Positions 1-10,773 are shown, counted from the stretch's first letter. The stretch: DNA of 64,000 nt from Kiritimatiellia bacterium (GCA_038330175.1 JBBQNS010000004.1:67-64066); one strand, 5' to 3'. Numbers and translations are program-made. Notes: generated by a model not told the origin, from the letters alone.

Positions 1-38
1 AGCAGTGGCTATCGCAAGCATCGTCCGCCCATCGCTCC

Positions 39-410
39 CTACAACTGCTTTGGCTGTTTTGACTTTGAGAGCATCTTCTGCCCATCGTCCTGAGGCAGAA
101 GTACCAGAGTACTCCTGCTGACCCAGAATCCCATCTTCAGCCCGTGTTTAATGTAGTAGGTTTCGCCTTTTTCGCACTTGATCGACAGAGCGCCCTGAAT
201 GGGGGCCGATGGCCATTGAACGCGAATGGATGCATCTCCAGGTGATCTTTCCCAGCAAAGGAATCCATTAGGGCCTGTACTACCGATTTTCTCTGTACCA
301 TCCCAGACGGTTGCCGGCATGGCACCCCCAATGATCCCAGTATGACGCAGAACATAGATCCTCGCCTTGTCCGGGTCCGGGGCAGTGTTGGCCTGACTCG
401 GCAATGGCAC
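39..410 (-). CDS. hypothetical protein, possibly DUF2846-like; N-terminus uncertain
   Basis: 123-aa ORF with no recognisable catalytic motif. No clear signal peptide in the called frame. Confidence 0.3.
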   Translation of the reverse strand: MPLPSQANTAPDPDKARIYVLRHTGIIGGAMPATVWDGTEKIGSTGPNGFLCWERSPGDASIRVQWPSAPIQGALSIKCEKGETYYIKHGLKMGFWVSRSTLVLLPQDDGQKMLSKSKQPKQL

Positions 411-558
411 AATTTATTTTGTTGTCGCACAGCCTGTAACGAGAACTACCAGTACACTTAGAGACAACAACCATTTCACTGTTTCATACGATCTTTCTTT
501 TAGGGGTTATACAACACACTGATAAACAATCATTTTTATGGTTTGAGCACGTGGGGTT

Positions 559-1566
559 TTAGGACTGAGTCTTAATGACAAGGGCTTCAAGCGTCTTTAA
601 GGCGGCACCACTATCGAGGGTCTTTTCGGCTAACAAGAAACCCTCCTTGAAGTCCATGGCCTTGCCGCCCGCAATCAACCCAGCCGCAGCATTCAGGCAG
701 ACGATATCGCGCCGTGGTCCGCGCTCGCCTTCCAGAATGGCTCTCGTGATCATGGCGTTCTGTTTAGGGTCTCCCCCCGCCAATGTTGAAATGTCGGCAT
801 AGTCTTCCATGACCGACAGCGGATCAAAATTGTAGGTGCGAATCGTACCATCCCGTAGCTCACTAATTCGGGTCGTACCTGTTACGGTAATCTCGTCCAT
901 CCCATCCTGTCCATGAACTACAAATACTCGCTGACTTCCCAGCTGCCTCAACACTTCGGCAAACATCTCAGTTAATTCCGGGGAAAATACGCCCAACACC
1001 TGACAGCGGGCTCCGGCAGGATTTGCCAGCGGTCCCAACAGATTGAATATCGTTTTAAATCCCAACTCCCTGCGTGGACCCATGGCGTGCTTCATGGCGG
1101 GATGCAACTTTGTAGCAAACAAGAAGCCAATCCCCACCTCACGAATACATTCCTCAATCACGTCCGGCGACACCTCAAGATTAACACCCAATTCAGCTAA
1201 CACGTCCGCCGAACCACACTTACTGGTGACCGAGCGGTTGCCATGTTTAGCAACAGGGACACCGGCCCCCGCCACAACAAAGGCGGCGGTAGTCGAAATA
1301 TTAAAGGTGCCCAAGCTGTCGCCACCCGTGCCGCAGGTGTCCACCACCTGCTTGCCACACGGATCTATGAACACCGCATGGCGACGCATGGAAGAGCACG
1401 CGCCCGTTAGCTCATCGATGGTTTCGCCCTTGATCCGTAAGGCGGCCAGAAAGGCACCCATCTGGGCCGGCGTTGCGTCTCCATCCATAATCCGGTCAAA
1501 GGCCGCCGTGGCTTCGGGCGTACTCAGACTCTGGCCCGCGATCAGTTTCTGCAGGTACTCTTTCAT
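559..1566 (-). CDS. trpD: anthranilate phosphoribosyltransferase
   Basis: 335 aa with TrpD hallmarks (GTGGD motif region ...DTCGTGGDSLGTFNISTTAAFVVAGAGVPVAKHGNRSV...). Lies directly downstream of trpG and trpE on the same strand. Confidence 0.9.
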   Translation of the reverse strand: MKEYLQKLIAGQSLSTPEATAAFDRIMDGDATPAQMGAFLAALRIKGETIDELTGACSSMRRHAVFIDPCGKQVVDTCGTGGDSLGTFNISTTAAFVVAGAGVPVAKHGNRSVTSKCGSADVLAELGVNLEVSPDVIEECIREVGIGFLFATKLHPAMKHAMGPRRELGFKTIFNLLGPLANPAGARCQVLGVFSPELTEMFAEVLRQLGSQRVFVVHGQDGMDEITVTGTTRISELRDGTIRTYNFDPLSVMEDYADISTLAGGDPKQNAMITRAILEGERGPRRDIVCLNAAAGLIAGGKAMDFKEGFLLAEKTLDSGAALKTLEALVIKTQS

Positions 1567-2150
1567 AGGGCGAACTTCTTTTCCGCCACAATATCGAGGA
1601 AGTTGCGCATCAACCGTTTTCCCGTGGGAGTTAACACAGACTCAGGATGGAACTGGACGCCATAGGTCGGGTGTGTGAGATGGTGTATCCCCATGATTTC
1701 ATCATCTTCACTAAAGGCATTCGCGATCAGTTCCGAGGGAAGCGTCTCCTTTAAAATGGCCAACGAATGATATCGCCCCGCCTGAAAAGGATTGCCCATC
1801 CCTTTGAAAATACCCTGTCCATCGTGCCGAACCTGCGACACCTTGCCATGCATAATGCGCTTGGCATTCGAAACGGTGGCACCAAAGGCGACGCCCAATG
1901 ATTGATGTCCTAAACAGACACCCAAAACTGGAATCCGACCGGTCATCCGCTTAATCAATTCAACCGAGATTCCAGCCTCTTTAGGCGTACAAGGGCCGGG
2001 CGAAACAACCACCGCTTCGGGTTTCAGCGCTTCAACCGCTTCCACCGTAATGGCGTCATTCCGGAAGACCTTAATGTCCGTGCCAATCGCGGACATCATC
2101 TGCACCAGGTTGTAGGTGAACGAATCGTAATTATCGATTAGGACAATCAT
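1563..2150 (-). CDS. trpG: anthranilate synthase component II (glutamine amidotransferase)
   Basis: Class-I GATase with N-terminus MIVLIDNYDSFTYNLVQ and catalytic Cys context GVCLGHQ. I trimmed the start to the internal Met at 2150 so that it overlaps the trpE stop by 4 nt (ATGA coupling); the ORF track's upstream extension is antisense to trpE. Confidence 0.85.
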   Translation of the reverse strand: MIVLIDNYDSFTYNLVQMMSAIGTDIKVFRNDAITVEAVEALKPEAVVVSPGPCTPKEAGISVELIKRMTGRIPVLGVCLGHQSLGVAFGATVSNAKRIMHGKVSQVRHDGQGIFKGMGNPFQAGRYHSLAILKETLPSELIANAFSEDDEIMGIHHLTHPTYGVQFHPESVLTPTGKRLMRNFLDIVAEKKFAL

Positions 2151-3601
2151 ACCCCATCTCCATCCAACTCGAGTGCCCGAGCGGCCAGTTGCACGGCCTT
2201 CTGCATGCCGCGAGCCTTTTGACATGTTTCCTGGAATTCCTTCACCGGGTCGGAGTCGTAAACAATTCCGGCACCCGCCTGGATCGCCACGGTACCATTC
2301 GCCACTTCCAGAGTGCGAATCGTGATCGCCAAATCCATATTGCCATCATAGCCAACATATCCAACAGCTCCCCCATACACGCCGCGGGGTTCGGGCTCCA
2401 ATTCATGGATAATCTCCATGGCACGAATCTTGGGCGCACCCGAAAGAGTTCCGGCCGGGAACGTCGCTCGAATGACATCGTAGGCATCAAATTCTTTCCG
2501 CAATACGCCTTGCACATGGGACACCAAGTGCATTACGTGACTATAGCGTTCAATAACCATATAGTCAGTCACCTGCACGCTCCCCATCTCCGAGAGCCGC
2601 CCAATATCGTTGCGGCCCAGGTCTACCAACATCACATGCTCAGCACGCTCCTTCTCATCCGAAAGCAATTCATCCGCCAGCGTCCGGTCCTCCACGTCAT
2701 CCTTCCCGCGCGGTCGTGTTCCGGCAATGGGGCGTAATTCGACTTTGTTACCGGTCAGACGGACCATGACTTCAGGCGATGACCCTACGAGGATCTGCCC
2801 CCCCATTTTCAAAATGAAAGTATAGGGAGACGGATTCAGCAGCCGCAAGGCGCGATAGAGGTCTAGCGGCGGGATATCGGCTTTGGCACTGAACCGCTGG
2901 CTCAAAACAACCTGAATAATATCACCTGAATAAATATATCTCTTGGCCTTTTCGACCATTGCGCAAAATTGCTCCTGAGTTTGATTCGATTCAAACGTCA
3001 CCTCGCCCAAACTGCGGTGGCTCACTGGCCGATCCATGGTTTGATTCAGGGTATGTTCGACCCCTTCAATCTCCGCCACCGCGCGCCGATAGGCCGCCTC
3101 CGGTGAGGGTGATTCAGAGGGGCGGGTGCACACCACAATCTTGATGGTATGGCGGATATTGTCGAAAACAATCATACGATCGGCTTGCACGAACCGACTG
3201 CGCAGCCGCATTCCCGGCCGGCCGGCTTTAGGTTCAGGCATGCGCTCAAATTCGCCCGTCGCCTCATAGCCAATAAACCCTACAGCCCCGCCGATAAAAC
3301 GCGGAAGCCCGGGTACTACAGCAACCCGAACGCCTTTAAAAATACCACGGAGTTCCTCAAGCCCTTTTCCCGGTTTGCGGTGATCTACTTCCAGGAACGG
3401 ACGCGGGTCGATACCGACAAAAGAGTAGCGCCCCCATTTTTCGCCCCCCTCCATGCTTTCCAAAAGAAAGGCATTCTCCCGGTTCATGAAACGCTGCAAA
3501 ACAGAGACCGGCGTCTCGGTGTCAGCCAGAATCTCCTTGTACACTGGCACGATGTCATAGGCCCGTGCCAGTCCGGCATAATCTTTTTCGTTTGGAAACA
3601 T
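2147..3601 (-). CDS. trpE: anthranilate synthase component I
   Basis: 484 aa. Chorismate-binding enzyme motifs are present (..GAVGYVGYDGNMD.., LVDLGRNDIGR). Confidence 0.9.
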   Translation of the reverse strand: MFPNEKDYAGLARAYDIVPVYKEILADTETPVSVLQRFMNRENAFLLESMEGGEKWGRYSFVGIDPRPFLEVDHRKPGKGLEELRGIFKGVRVAVVPGLPRFIGGAVGFIGYEATGEFERMPEPKAGRPGMRLRSRFVQADRMIVFDNIRHTIKIVVCTRPSESPSPEAAYRRAVAEIEGVEHTLNQTMDRPVSHRSLGEVTFESNQTQEQFCAMVEKAKRYIYSGDIIQVVLSQRFSAKADIPPLDLYRALRLLNPSPYTFILKMGGQILVGSSPEVMVRLTGNKVELRPIAGTRPRGKDDVEDRTLADELLSDEKERAEHVMLVDLGRNDIGRLSEMGSVQVTDYMVIERYSHVMHLVSHVQGVLRKEFDAYDVIRATFPAGTLSGAPKIRAMEIIHELEPEPRGVYGGAVGYVGYDGNMDLAITIRTLEVANGTVAIQAGAGIVYDSDPVKEFQETCQKARGMQKAVQLAARALELDGDGV

Positions 3602-3650
3602 AATGTTTCTATGTATAGAAACAGCGGTTTAAAAAGTCAATAGGGATTTC

Positions 3651-4070
3651 TCAGGGTTCTTTTGACGTAAGGACGCGGCCGGGGAAATTCTGTGACAAAG
3701 CGGCCACAAGGCTGGCATGAAACTGTTGATAGTATTCGCGTCGTTCAAACCCACGACTGAGCGGCAATAAATGGACGGCAATGTTTCCGTTAGCCCTTTT
3801 GGCATAAAAGGCAACCGTCAGGCTTGAGGTCGGTTGATAATACCGAATGATGTCCTCATCGCTGGGTTTGGTCTTTGGCATCTGATACGCCGCCGCGACC
3901 TTGTCTAGTACGGCACGGAGGCGATCCTCGTCCGCTTCAGTCACTTTCTCCTGCCCGGCTAGCGGCTGAACCATATAAAAGGCAATCTGTGGGCGTTCGC
4001 CGCATCCTGCAACCAAAAACAACCCTAAAACCACCATACTCAGAGTAACGAACCTAGTTGATAGTTGCAT
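3651..4070 (-). CDS. lipoprotein of unknown function
   Basis: Internal Met start gives MQLSTRFVTLSMVVLGLFLVAGC, a lipobox signal peptide. A GGGAG Shine-Dalgarno lies upstream of 4070. Confidence 0.5.
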   Translation of the reverse strand: MQLSTRFVTLSMVVLGLFLVAGCGERPQIAFYMVQPLAGQEKVTEADEDRLRAVLDKVAAAYQMPKTKPSDEDIIRYYQPTSSLTVAFYAKRANGNIAVHLLPLSRGFERREYYQQFHASLVAALSQNFPGRVLTSKEP

Positions 4071-4252
4071 TTTCAATCTCCCGTGTTTATCCGAACCCGT
4101 CCACCGCACCATGCGGCGAGACGACCAATACTGCTTTCGTTAAGCTAACAACCCTACGGGAAGAAAGAAACGTGATTTTAAAAGAGGACAATATTTGTCG
4201 TGCGGAGAAAAGAAATTAGCATTAAACTTCTAACAAATTGGGAGACGATAAC

Positions 4253-6328
4253 ATGACGCAACAAACAAGCCATAAGCCACGAAAAGCCAACCGGCTGGCG
4301 GGAGAAAAGTCGCCCTACCTCCTACAGCATCAATATAACCCAGTGGACTGGTTTCCTTGGGGTGACGAGGCCTTTGCCAAGGCGCAGTTCGAGAAAAAGC
4401 CGATTTTCCTGAGTATCGGCTACTCAACGTGCCATTGGTGCCACGTCATGGAACGTGAGTCCTTTGAGAACGAAGAGACCGCTCACTATCTCAACGAACA
4501 CTTCGTGAGCATCAAAATCGATCGTGAAGAACGGCCGGATCTTGACCGAATCTATATGACGTTTGTGCAAGCGACCACCGGCCAAGGCGGCTGGCCTATG
4601 AGCCTTTTCTTGACGCCCGACTTGAAACCCTTTTTTGGGGGCACCTATTTTCCACCCACGAGCCGCTCCGGCCTCCCCGCATTTACAGATTTGTTAAAGC
4701 AAATTCAACAGGTGTGGACGACGCGTCGAGACGACTTACAACGTTCAGCAGAGACCATCGTCCAACAGCTTCAAGAAGCCGCCCAGCAACAGGCAACTGA
4801 CGAAAGCCCCCTCTCGCAGGCGCTCCTTGGTGTAGCCGCCAACGGGCTAAAACGCGCTTACGATTCGCAAAACGGCGGATTCGGTCAGGCTCCTAAATTC
4901 CCGCATCCAAGCCAATTACTCTTTCTCCTGGGCTATGGTGCGGAACAGGGTGATGAAGAGGCCCTACAAATAGTTCTGAACACCTGTGACAAAATGGCGA
5001 ATGGAGGGATATTCGATCAGCTTGGCGGCGGGTTTTCCCGGTACGCAACAGATGAAAAGTGGCTGGTTCCCCACTTCGAGAAAATGCTTTATGACAATGC
5101 CCTTCTCACCCACGTCTATCTGGAGGCCTTTCAAGCAAGTGGTAATTCGCGATACGCCGAAATCGTCCGAGCAACCTTAAACTACCTTCTCCGAGATATG
5201 ACCGCCCCCGCAGGAGGCTTCTATTCAGCTGAAGATGCTGATAGTGAAGGCAAGGAGGGAAAGTTTTACTGTTGGACCCTTGCGGAAATGAGTGATCTCC
5301 TTTCCCCGGCAGAACTCAAGGTGGCCGTACGCTATTTTGGAGTGACCTCTGAAGGCAACTTCATAGACCATAGCGATCCCGATCCCCTGCCAGGACAGAA
5401 TGTACTCAGCGTTGTTTCCCCCTTCTTAACGGAGGCGGACGGGAAGCTCTTGGCCTCGGCAAAGGAGAAAATGTTCGACGCGCGAACGCACCGAACGCGA
5501 CCACACCGTGACGACAAAATCCTGTCCTCATGGAACGGCTTGATGCTGGGTGCACTAGCGCAAGCCTACGGGGTGTTAGGCGACAAAATCTATCTGGATG
5601 CGGCCCAAAACAATCTGGCTTTTTTGCGTCATCATCTTTGGGATTCGTCGAGCCAGACACTCTATCATCGCTGGCGGGAAGGAGCCCGGGATTCCGTCCA
5701 GTTGCTTAGTGCCTATGCTTTTTTGCTTTCCGGAGTGATTAACCTATATGAAGTCACGCTAGAGCCCGATACCCTCAACTTTGCGGTAGAACTAGCCGAT
5801 GCCATGCTGGATAAGTTTTTCGATCCAGAAAACGGTGGGTTCTGGCAAAGCGGAAAAGAAAGCCGCAATCTCATACTGCGAACCAAAGACGATTACGATG
5901 GAGCGGAACCCTCCGGAAACTCCGTAGCCACAATCGGGCTGCTCAAGTTGGCAGAAATTACCGGACGCGATGATTTGATGAAGGCTGCTGAGAAAACCCT
6001 GCGCCTCTACGCTAAGCGCCTGCAGGAGCAGCCCGAGGCACTGCCACATCTGCTTATTGCTGCAATGAGGGCGCTGGGAAAGCGCCACAGGATCGTGATC
6101 GCGGGAGATGTCAAGTCGGGCGTGGGTCTCGAACTCCTTCGTGCCGCACATGCGGTATACCACCCCTCCCAGGTCATGCTCGGAACTGCAGGGCCAGTCG
6201 ACTCCTTTGCGCGCAGCCTTTCCGCAAGGGATGGGAACCCTGCTACCTACGTCTGCGAGGGAACTACCTGCCGTCTCCCTGTAACTTCGGCAGCAGCACT
6301 CCGTAGCAGCTTGATGGCAGGCGCATGA
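4253..6328 (+). CDS. thioredoxin-domain protein, YyaL/DUF255 family (N-acylglucosamine 2-epimerase-like C-terminal (alpha/alpha)6 domain)
   Basis: N-terminal thioredoxin-like region (..[20 protein letters not shown]..) followed by a long alpha/alpha-barrel region. An ATG at 4253 has a GGAGA SD; the ORF-track start at 4238 is a TTG. Confidence 0.8.
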   Translation: MTQQTSHKPRKANRLAGEKSPYLLQHQYNPVDWFPWGDEAFAKAQFEKKPIFLSIGYSTCHWCHVMERESFENEETAHYLNEHFVSIKIDREERPDLDRIYMTFVQATTGQGGWPMSLFLTPDLKPFFGGTYFPPTSRSGLPAFTDLLKQIQQVWTTRRDDLQRSAETIVQQLQEAAQQQATDESPLSQALLGVAANGLKRAYDSQNGGFGQAPKFPHPSQLLFLLGYGAEQGDEEALQIVLNTCDKMANGGIFDQLGGGFSRYATDEKWLVPHFEKMLYDNALLTHVYLEAFQASGNSRYAEIVRATLNYLLRDMTAPAGGFYSAEDADSEGKEGKFYCWTLAEMSDLLSPAELKVAVRYFGVTSEGNFIDHSDPDPLPGQNVLSVVSPFLTEADGKLLASAKEKMFDARTHRTRPHRDDKILSSWNGLMLGALAQAYGVLGDKIYLDAAQNNLAFLRHHLWDSSSQTLYHRWREGARDSVQLLSAYAFLLSGVINLYEVTLEPDTLNFAVELADAMLDKFFDPENGGFWQSGKESRNLILRTKDDYDGAEPSGNSVATIGLLKLAEITGRDDLMKAAEKTLRLYAKRLQEQPEALPHLLIAAMRALGKRHRIVIAGDVKSGVGLELLRAAHAVYHPSQVMLGTAGPVDSFARSLSARDGNPATYVCEGTTCRLPVTSAAALRSSLMAGA

Positions 6329-6363
6329 CAAATTTCTTCGATCACTTTACTAACGACGTTTAC

Positions 6364-6639
6364 CCTCCTCCTCGCTGCGCGTGAGGACACGCGCAGCTAC
6401 ACCAATGCAATACGCACCTTTCGTTTGGCCCCTTGTAGCGGCGCATGTCCCCATGCGCCGAATTCTCTAGCAGCGTGTCGAACTTGCACAGCCTTCGGAC
6501 TCAAAAGTCACCACCGGCGGAGACCGCCGGCTCCAAAAATTTAAAGCGCGGGCTATGCTAGGTGAATTAAGCAATGGGCAACATGTGACGCTTGATTGCT
6601 GGCGCAATTTTATTCTGGAGCCGGCGGTCTCCGCCGGTA
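6364..6639 (+). repeat. structured ~280-nt repeat, copy 1 of 2 (direct repeat with 10419-10697)
   Basis: About 90% identical to copy 2. It contains the hairpin gctgcgcgtg-agga-cacgcgcagc, the hairpin cggcgcatg-tcccc-atgcgccg, and two self-palindromic arms accggcggagaccgccggctcca / tggagccggcggtctccgccggt about 80 nt apart. Confidence 0.85.
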
Positions 6640-6799
6640 GTCCTCCCCAGGGCTTGGACAGCCTCAGCCTCAACTGATTGACGGTCACCATCGACTCTGC
6701 CGCCCCAGTCCGCTCGTCGTGATGCGGTACCAACCACCCTCGATATTATGCCTGATCGATCTAACCATGCCAGTTTCACTCGACCCACTGAGGCTCCGA

Positions 6800-8086
6800 T
6801 CAGGGAGCGCAAAAGCGGTAGAAACGGACCGGAGCGTTTGTCCACTGTGTGTCGCTGAAATAGGATAAACCGGCGGTCAGAGTGTTGGTGCTCAACGGGA
6901 ACCAAGCTGGTGTTGCGAGATTGGAACAAGCCTGAACAACGATATTCACGTTGGTGGGACCGCTGATGGTGAAGCCGAAGCCATTTTGACCCGCACCGAA
7001 GAAACCATCGTTCTCCGCATGCGGGTTCCATAGGATGGTCTGACGATCACAGAACGTCACGTTCCACCCCATGGTTTCCGACATGTAATAGACTGTCGCA
7101 TTTTCAGAACTCGAAAAGACCGAAAGACCTGGATTCGGGGCATCCCCTTTGAAATAGACTTCCTTCATGTTGCCACATGCTTCGAATGCAAAGTCCCCAA
7201 TGCTGGAGACGCTGTTGCCCATCGTGACGCTGGTCAGTTCGTAACAACATCGAAACGTATTCACCCCTATACGTTTGACGGAATCAGGAATCGTGATGCG
7301 AGTTAGGCCGGTGCATGCGGAAAAAGCTTCGTCACTAATATTGGTGACGCTCGAAGGGATGACGATACTGGCGAGGCTAGAACACATAGAGAACGCGAAG
7401 TCCCCAATATTAACAACGCTATCGGGAATAGTGACGTTGTTTAGACTGGCGCATCCTTCAAAGAGATAGTTTCCAAGATTTGTGATGCCGAAGGATATTG
7501 TGACGCTGGTCAGGTTGGGGCAACGAGAAAACACGGCGATCCCAATGGACTTAACGTTCGAAGGAATCATCATGGTGGACATGCCGCAGTAAGAGAAAGC
7601 ACCATCCCCAATACTAACGACACTCTCGGGAATTGTGATAGCAGGCAGATTGATGCAGCAGAAAAACGTATTTTCACCAATGCTGGTCAAGTTGTTGGGA
7701 AGCATCACGTTGGTCAGGCTGATACACTGATAAAATGCAGAACCCCCAATGGTGGAAACGTTCGAGGAAATCGTAACATCTGTCAGATTGGCACAATCAA
7801 AGAAAGCACCACTTCCAATATTGGTGACACCGGCTGGAGTTGTGTAGCTGCCCGCTTTGCCTCCAGAACATTGGATTAATGTTGTTTGGTTTTGATTGAA
7901 CAGAACCCCATCCACGCTGCTATATGTAGAGTTCAGAGCATCCACTGTTATCGCATTGAGGGTGCTACACGAACGGAACGCGCCGCCCCCGATACTGCTG
8001 ACGGTTTCGGGGATCGTGACATTGATCAGGCTGGCGCATCCAAGAAACGCGCCACTCCCGATGCTGGTTATGCCGTTAATGACGAT
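6800..8086 (-). pseudogene. BspA-family leucine-rich-repeat surface protein, 5'-truncated (no signal peptide)
   Basis: Repeated ~23-aa LRR units (..ITSIGDGAFSYC..LTSVTI..) typical of BspA-like LRR proteins. The N-terminal ~85 codons of the called ORF are antisense to the methyltransferase fragment and do not look like a leader. Confidence 0.55.
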
Positions 8087-8095
8087 TTCGTCGAC

Positions 8096-8866
8096 CGCGA
8101 AGACGCCTGGCGCCATTCCAAGTCGTGCGACTTCATGTTCCGCCTCCTCCAATTGGCCAAACGCCTCCTCGCCCCCGATGGCGCCATCTTTGTCTCGATT
8201 GATGATAACGAGGGATTTACTCTCGGTATGCTCATGAACCGGGTGTTCGGGGAGGCTGCTCATGTGGCGACCTGCGTCTGGCAGAAACGCTACTCGCGCG
8301 AAAACCGCGGGGCCATTGGCGATGCGCACGAATATCTATTGGTCTATTCGCCGCAACCAGACGCATTCCAGGAGAGACGGGGCAGAATCCCCCTTACAGA
8401 TAAGCAGCGAGCGGTTTACAAGAATCCCAACGATGACCCGCGTGGACTATGGCAAAGCGTTTCACTAACCGCACAAGGGTTTCGGCCTAACCAAATGTAT
8501 GAGATTGTAGCGCCAAATGGCAGAAAACACCGACCTCCTGAAGGAACTTGTTGGAAGGTTATCGAAAGCGAGTATCACAAGCTCGTTTCTGCGAATCGAA
8601 TATATTTTGCCAAGAATGGTGACGGCGTTCCCAGACGTATGCATTTTCTATCCGATGCAGAGGGTCTCGTTCCGTGGACGTGGTGGCCACATGAAGAGGT
8701 GGGACATACTGACGAGGCACGGAAAGAAATACGTGAATGGCTGGAGACCCAGACCGCCTTTGAGACCCCTAAACCGGTGCGGCTACTAGAACGAGTGTTG
8801 CAGATTGGTGCGCCAGATAAGGATGACCTTGTCCTCCTGGACCGCCCTGCAGTTGATCCATCGTGA
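8096..8866 (+). pseudogene. type III R-M Mod-like (beta-class N6-adenine DNA methyltransferase) fragment lacking DPPY and FxGxG motifs
   Basis: It matches the Mod region immediately after motif IV (..LLAPDGAIFVSIDDNEGF..FGEAAHVATCVWQKRY..) and the region just before motif I (..ETPKPVRLLERVLQIGAPDKDDLVLLD). It terminates before any F-x-G-x-G. Confidence 0.6.
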
Positions 8867-9450
8867 GCAGGTGGCTCCTTATGACGCAAGTGGCGCGGTT
8901 CCTTGATACGCTTTTGGCACGGCATCCCGAGATGCTGCGTGCGGCGCAACGTGCCGCTCTGGCGACGACGCAGGAGGTCAGCCTTGCGAGTGCCTTGCCC
9001 GCCGAGCTTATTTCAGACACCGGCCTCACCTCCTCCGCAAGGAATATCTACGGCGTCTATCCGGATGGGTTGAATAGTTGGGAACGCGCCTTCGCGAACT
9101 GGCTCGATGGCGATGACCTCGGGATCGTGCAGTGGTGGCATCGGAATTTGCCGCGGTTACCGTGGTCAGTGAACGTGCCACGACCTGATGGGCGGGGCTT
9201 TTATCCCGATTCCATCGTCGGCATTAACGGCCGCAAGACCGAAGAGCACGCCTTGCTGGCCGATCCCAAGTGGGGGTTCGACCGTCAGGACGAAGCACAA
9301 AAGGCAGGTGCCCGCCATCCTGCTTACGGGAACGTCCTGGTTATGTTCCGTGACCGGGAGATTCGCTGGCAGGTGGTTCGCTATGATGCGGCACAGGATC
9401 GCGCTTACGCTGACCGCGAGTTTTTCCTGAGCGACGCGGCAGGGGTCTAG
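8863..9450 (+). pseudogene. restriction endonuclease (Res-like) C-terminal PD-(D/E)xK nuclease-domain fragment
   Basis: Motif series S.E..FA.WLD.., ..V.WWHRN.., GFYPDSIV, ..DPK. resembles the C-terminal nuclease domain of type III/I restriction subunits. There is no helicase region upstream. Confidence 0.45.
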
Positions 9451-9563
9451 CGGGCATTGCTCCACGTATTTTTCGTTGCCAGTCAAAGAGCGTTCATCAA
9501 TAACGATTGCTTGCGCGGGTCCATTTTGCTTCACTGTATACAAATCAGGAGATCGTATACAAC

Positions 9564-9860
9564 ATGAAAACATTGACCATATCCCTTCGCCTTAGCTCCG
9601 ATGAAGTCGCGCTATTGGATCAGGCGGCTAAACACGACGGCCTGGACCGGTCTTCCCTGCTAAAACGCTTCCTTAGGCGCGGTCATGCTGATTATCGATA
9701 TGAAACGGCATGTACAGCCTATCGACGGGGCGAAGTCACCCTGTCCCGTGCGGCCGAAATCGCGGGCATGAGCGTCTACGACCTGTTGATCCGGTTCCCG
9801 GAGTCGGGGCTCCAACTCAATCTCACAGCCGACGATCTCCGCCGGGAATTGGCCTCATGA
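9564..9860 (+). CDS. antitoxin, UPF0175-family (RHH-like N-terminus)
   Basis: MKTLTISLRLSSDEVALLDQAAK.. plus a C-terminal UPF0175-like segment (TLSRAAEIAGMSVYDLL). There is an AGGAG SD at 9547. Its stop overlaps the start of the downstream PIN-like gene (ATGA). Confidence 0.7.
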   Translation: MKTLTISLRLSSDEVALLDQAAKHDGLDRSSLLKRFLRRGHADYRYETACTAYRRGEVTLSRAAEIAGMSVYDLLIRFPESGLQLNLTADDLRRELAS

Positions 9861-10351
9861 ATGTCGTTGTATCGGATGCCTGCCCGATCATCTTTCTGGC
9901 TAAACTGGATCGACTGGCCTTGATCCAAGCCGTATTCCCCGGAACGATACTGTTGCCGGCAAGCGTTCAGCGCGAACTCACACAGAAGACCATTCCCTCC
10001 GCTGAACAACGCCGTATCCGGGACTGGCTCATGCACTGCCGCGTGGAGACGGTTCGGAGTTCCCTGTTTCCTGCCTTGGCACTGAGCCTGGCGGACCGGC
10101 ATGTCCTGACCTTGGCAGCGAAACACCCGAACGCGATCATTCTGACGGACGACAGCCTCATGTGGCGTATCGCCTTAGCGGAAGGGTTGCCCGTCGCAGG
10201 TACACTCGGCCTCATGATCCGTGCCGTGCGCGCCAAGCTTGTCACCCAGCCAGACGCCCTCCACGCCATTGACGAACTGGTCACGCAACATCAGCTCCGG
10301 GTTTCCGTCGACCTCTACCAGGAAGCCCTTCGCCAGATCCGACAAGGATGA
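9857..10351 (+). CDS. PIN-like toxin, DUF3368 family
   Basis: Internal Met MNVVVSDACPIIFLAKLDRL... is coupled to the upstream antitoxin. UPF0175/DUF3368 is a recognised antitoxin/toxin pairing. Confidence 0.65.
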   Translation: MNVVVSDACPIIFLAKLDRLALIQAVFPGTILLPASVQRELTQKTIPSAEQRRIRDWLMHCRVETVRSSLFPALALSLADRHVLTLAAKHPNAIILTDDSLMWRIALAEGLPVAGTLGLMIRAVRAKLVTQPDALHAIDELVTQHQLRVSVDLYQEALRQIRQG

Positions 10352-10418
10352 ACGGCTCGAAGAAGCACATCGTAACGTATTACGCATGTTTGCCCTGTTG
10401 CGCAAAAGACTGAGGATC

Positions 10419-10697
10419 CCCTCCTCCTCCCTGCGCGTGAGGACACGCGCAGCTACACCAATGCAACACGCACCTCTCGTTCGGCCCCTTGTAGCGGCGC
10501 ATGTCCCCATGCGCCGAACCCTCTAGCAGCGTGTCGGACTTGCACAGCCTTCGGACTCAACAGTCACCACCGGCGGAGACTGCCGACTCCAATGATTGAA
10601 AGCGCAGGCTATCCTCAGTGAATTAAGCAATGGGCAACACGTGACACTTGATTGCTGACGCAAATTTTCTTCTGGAGCCGGCGGTCTCCGCCGGTAA
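10419..10697 (+). repeat. structured ~280-nt repeat, copy 2 of 2
   Basis: Direct repeat of 6364-6639 with the same internal hairpins and inverted arms. Confidence 0.85.
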
Positions 10698-10773
10698 CAC
10701 CTTTTTCAAGCGATTCGTTGCGCATAACGCATTTGCAGTTATGCGCAGAGAATAATAGGCCGCGCATTTAGGG

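Noticed and set aside
575-3643. Multiple long plus-strand ORFs (575-802, 1043-1678, 2189-2737, 2610-2825, 2959-3144, 3149-3643) overlapping trpD/trpG/trpE
   Set aside because: They are antisense to strongly supported trp genes. Their products are low-complexity and Arg/Ser/Pro-rich with no motifs. This is a typical antisense artefact of GC-rich coding DNA.
6467-7031. ORFs 6467-6733 and 6567-7031 (and 10623-10964) running through the 280-nt structured repeats
   Set aside because: The same C-terminal peptide (..HMLPIA / ..HVLPIA) arises only because both repeats share sequence. The reading frames cross hairpin-dense DNA and differ upstream. I treat them as non-coding.
7886-8329. Apparent 440-nt two-strand coding overlap between the LRR ORF and the methyltransferase ORF
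   Set aside because: Homology on each strand covers only one side of ~8090. The overlap is an ORF-extension artefact at a junction of two gene fragments, not genuine overlapping genes.
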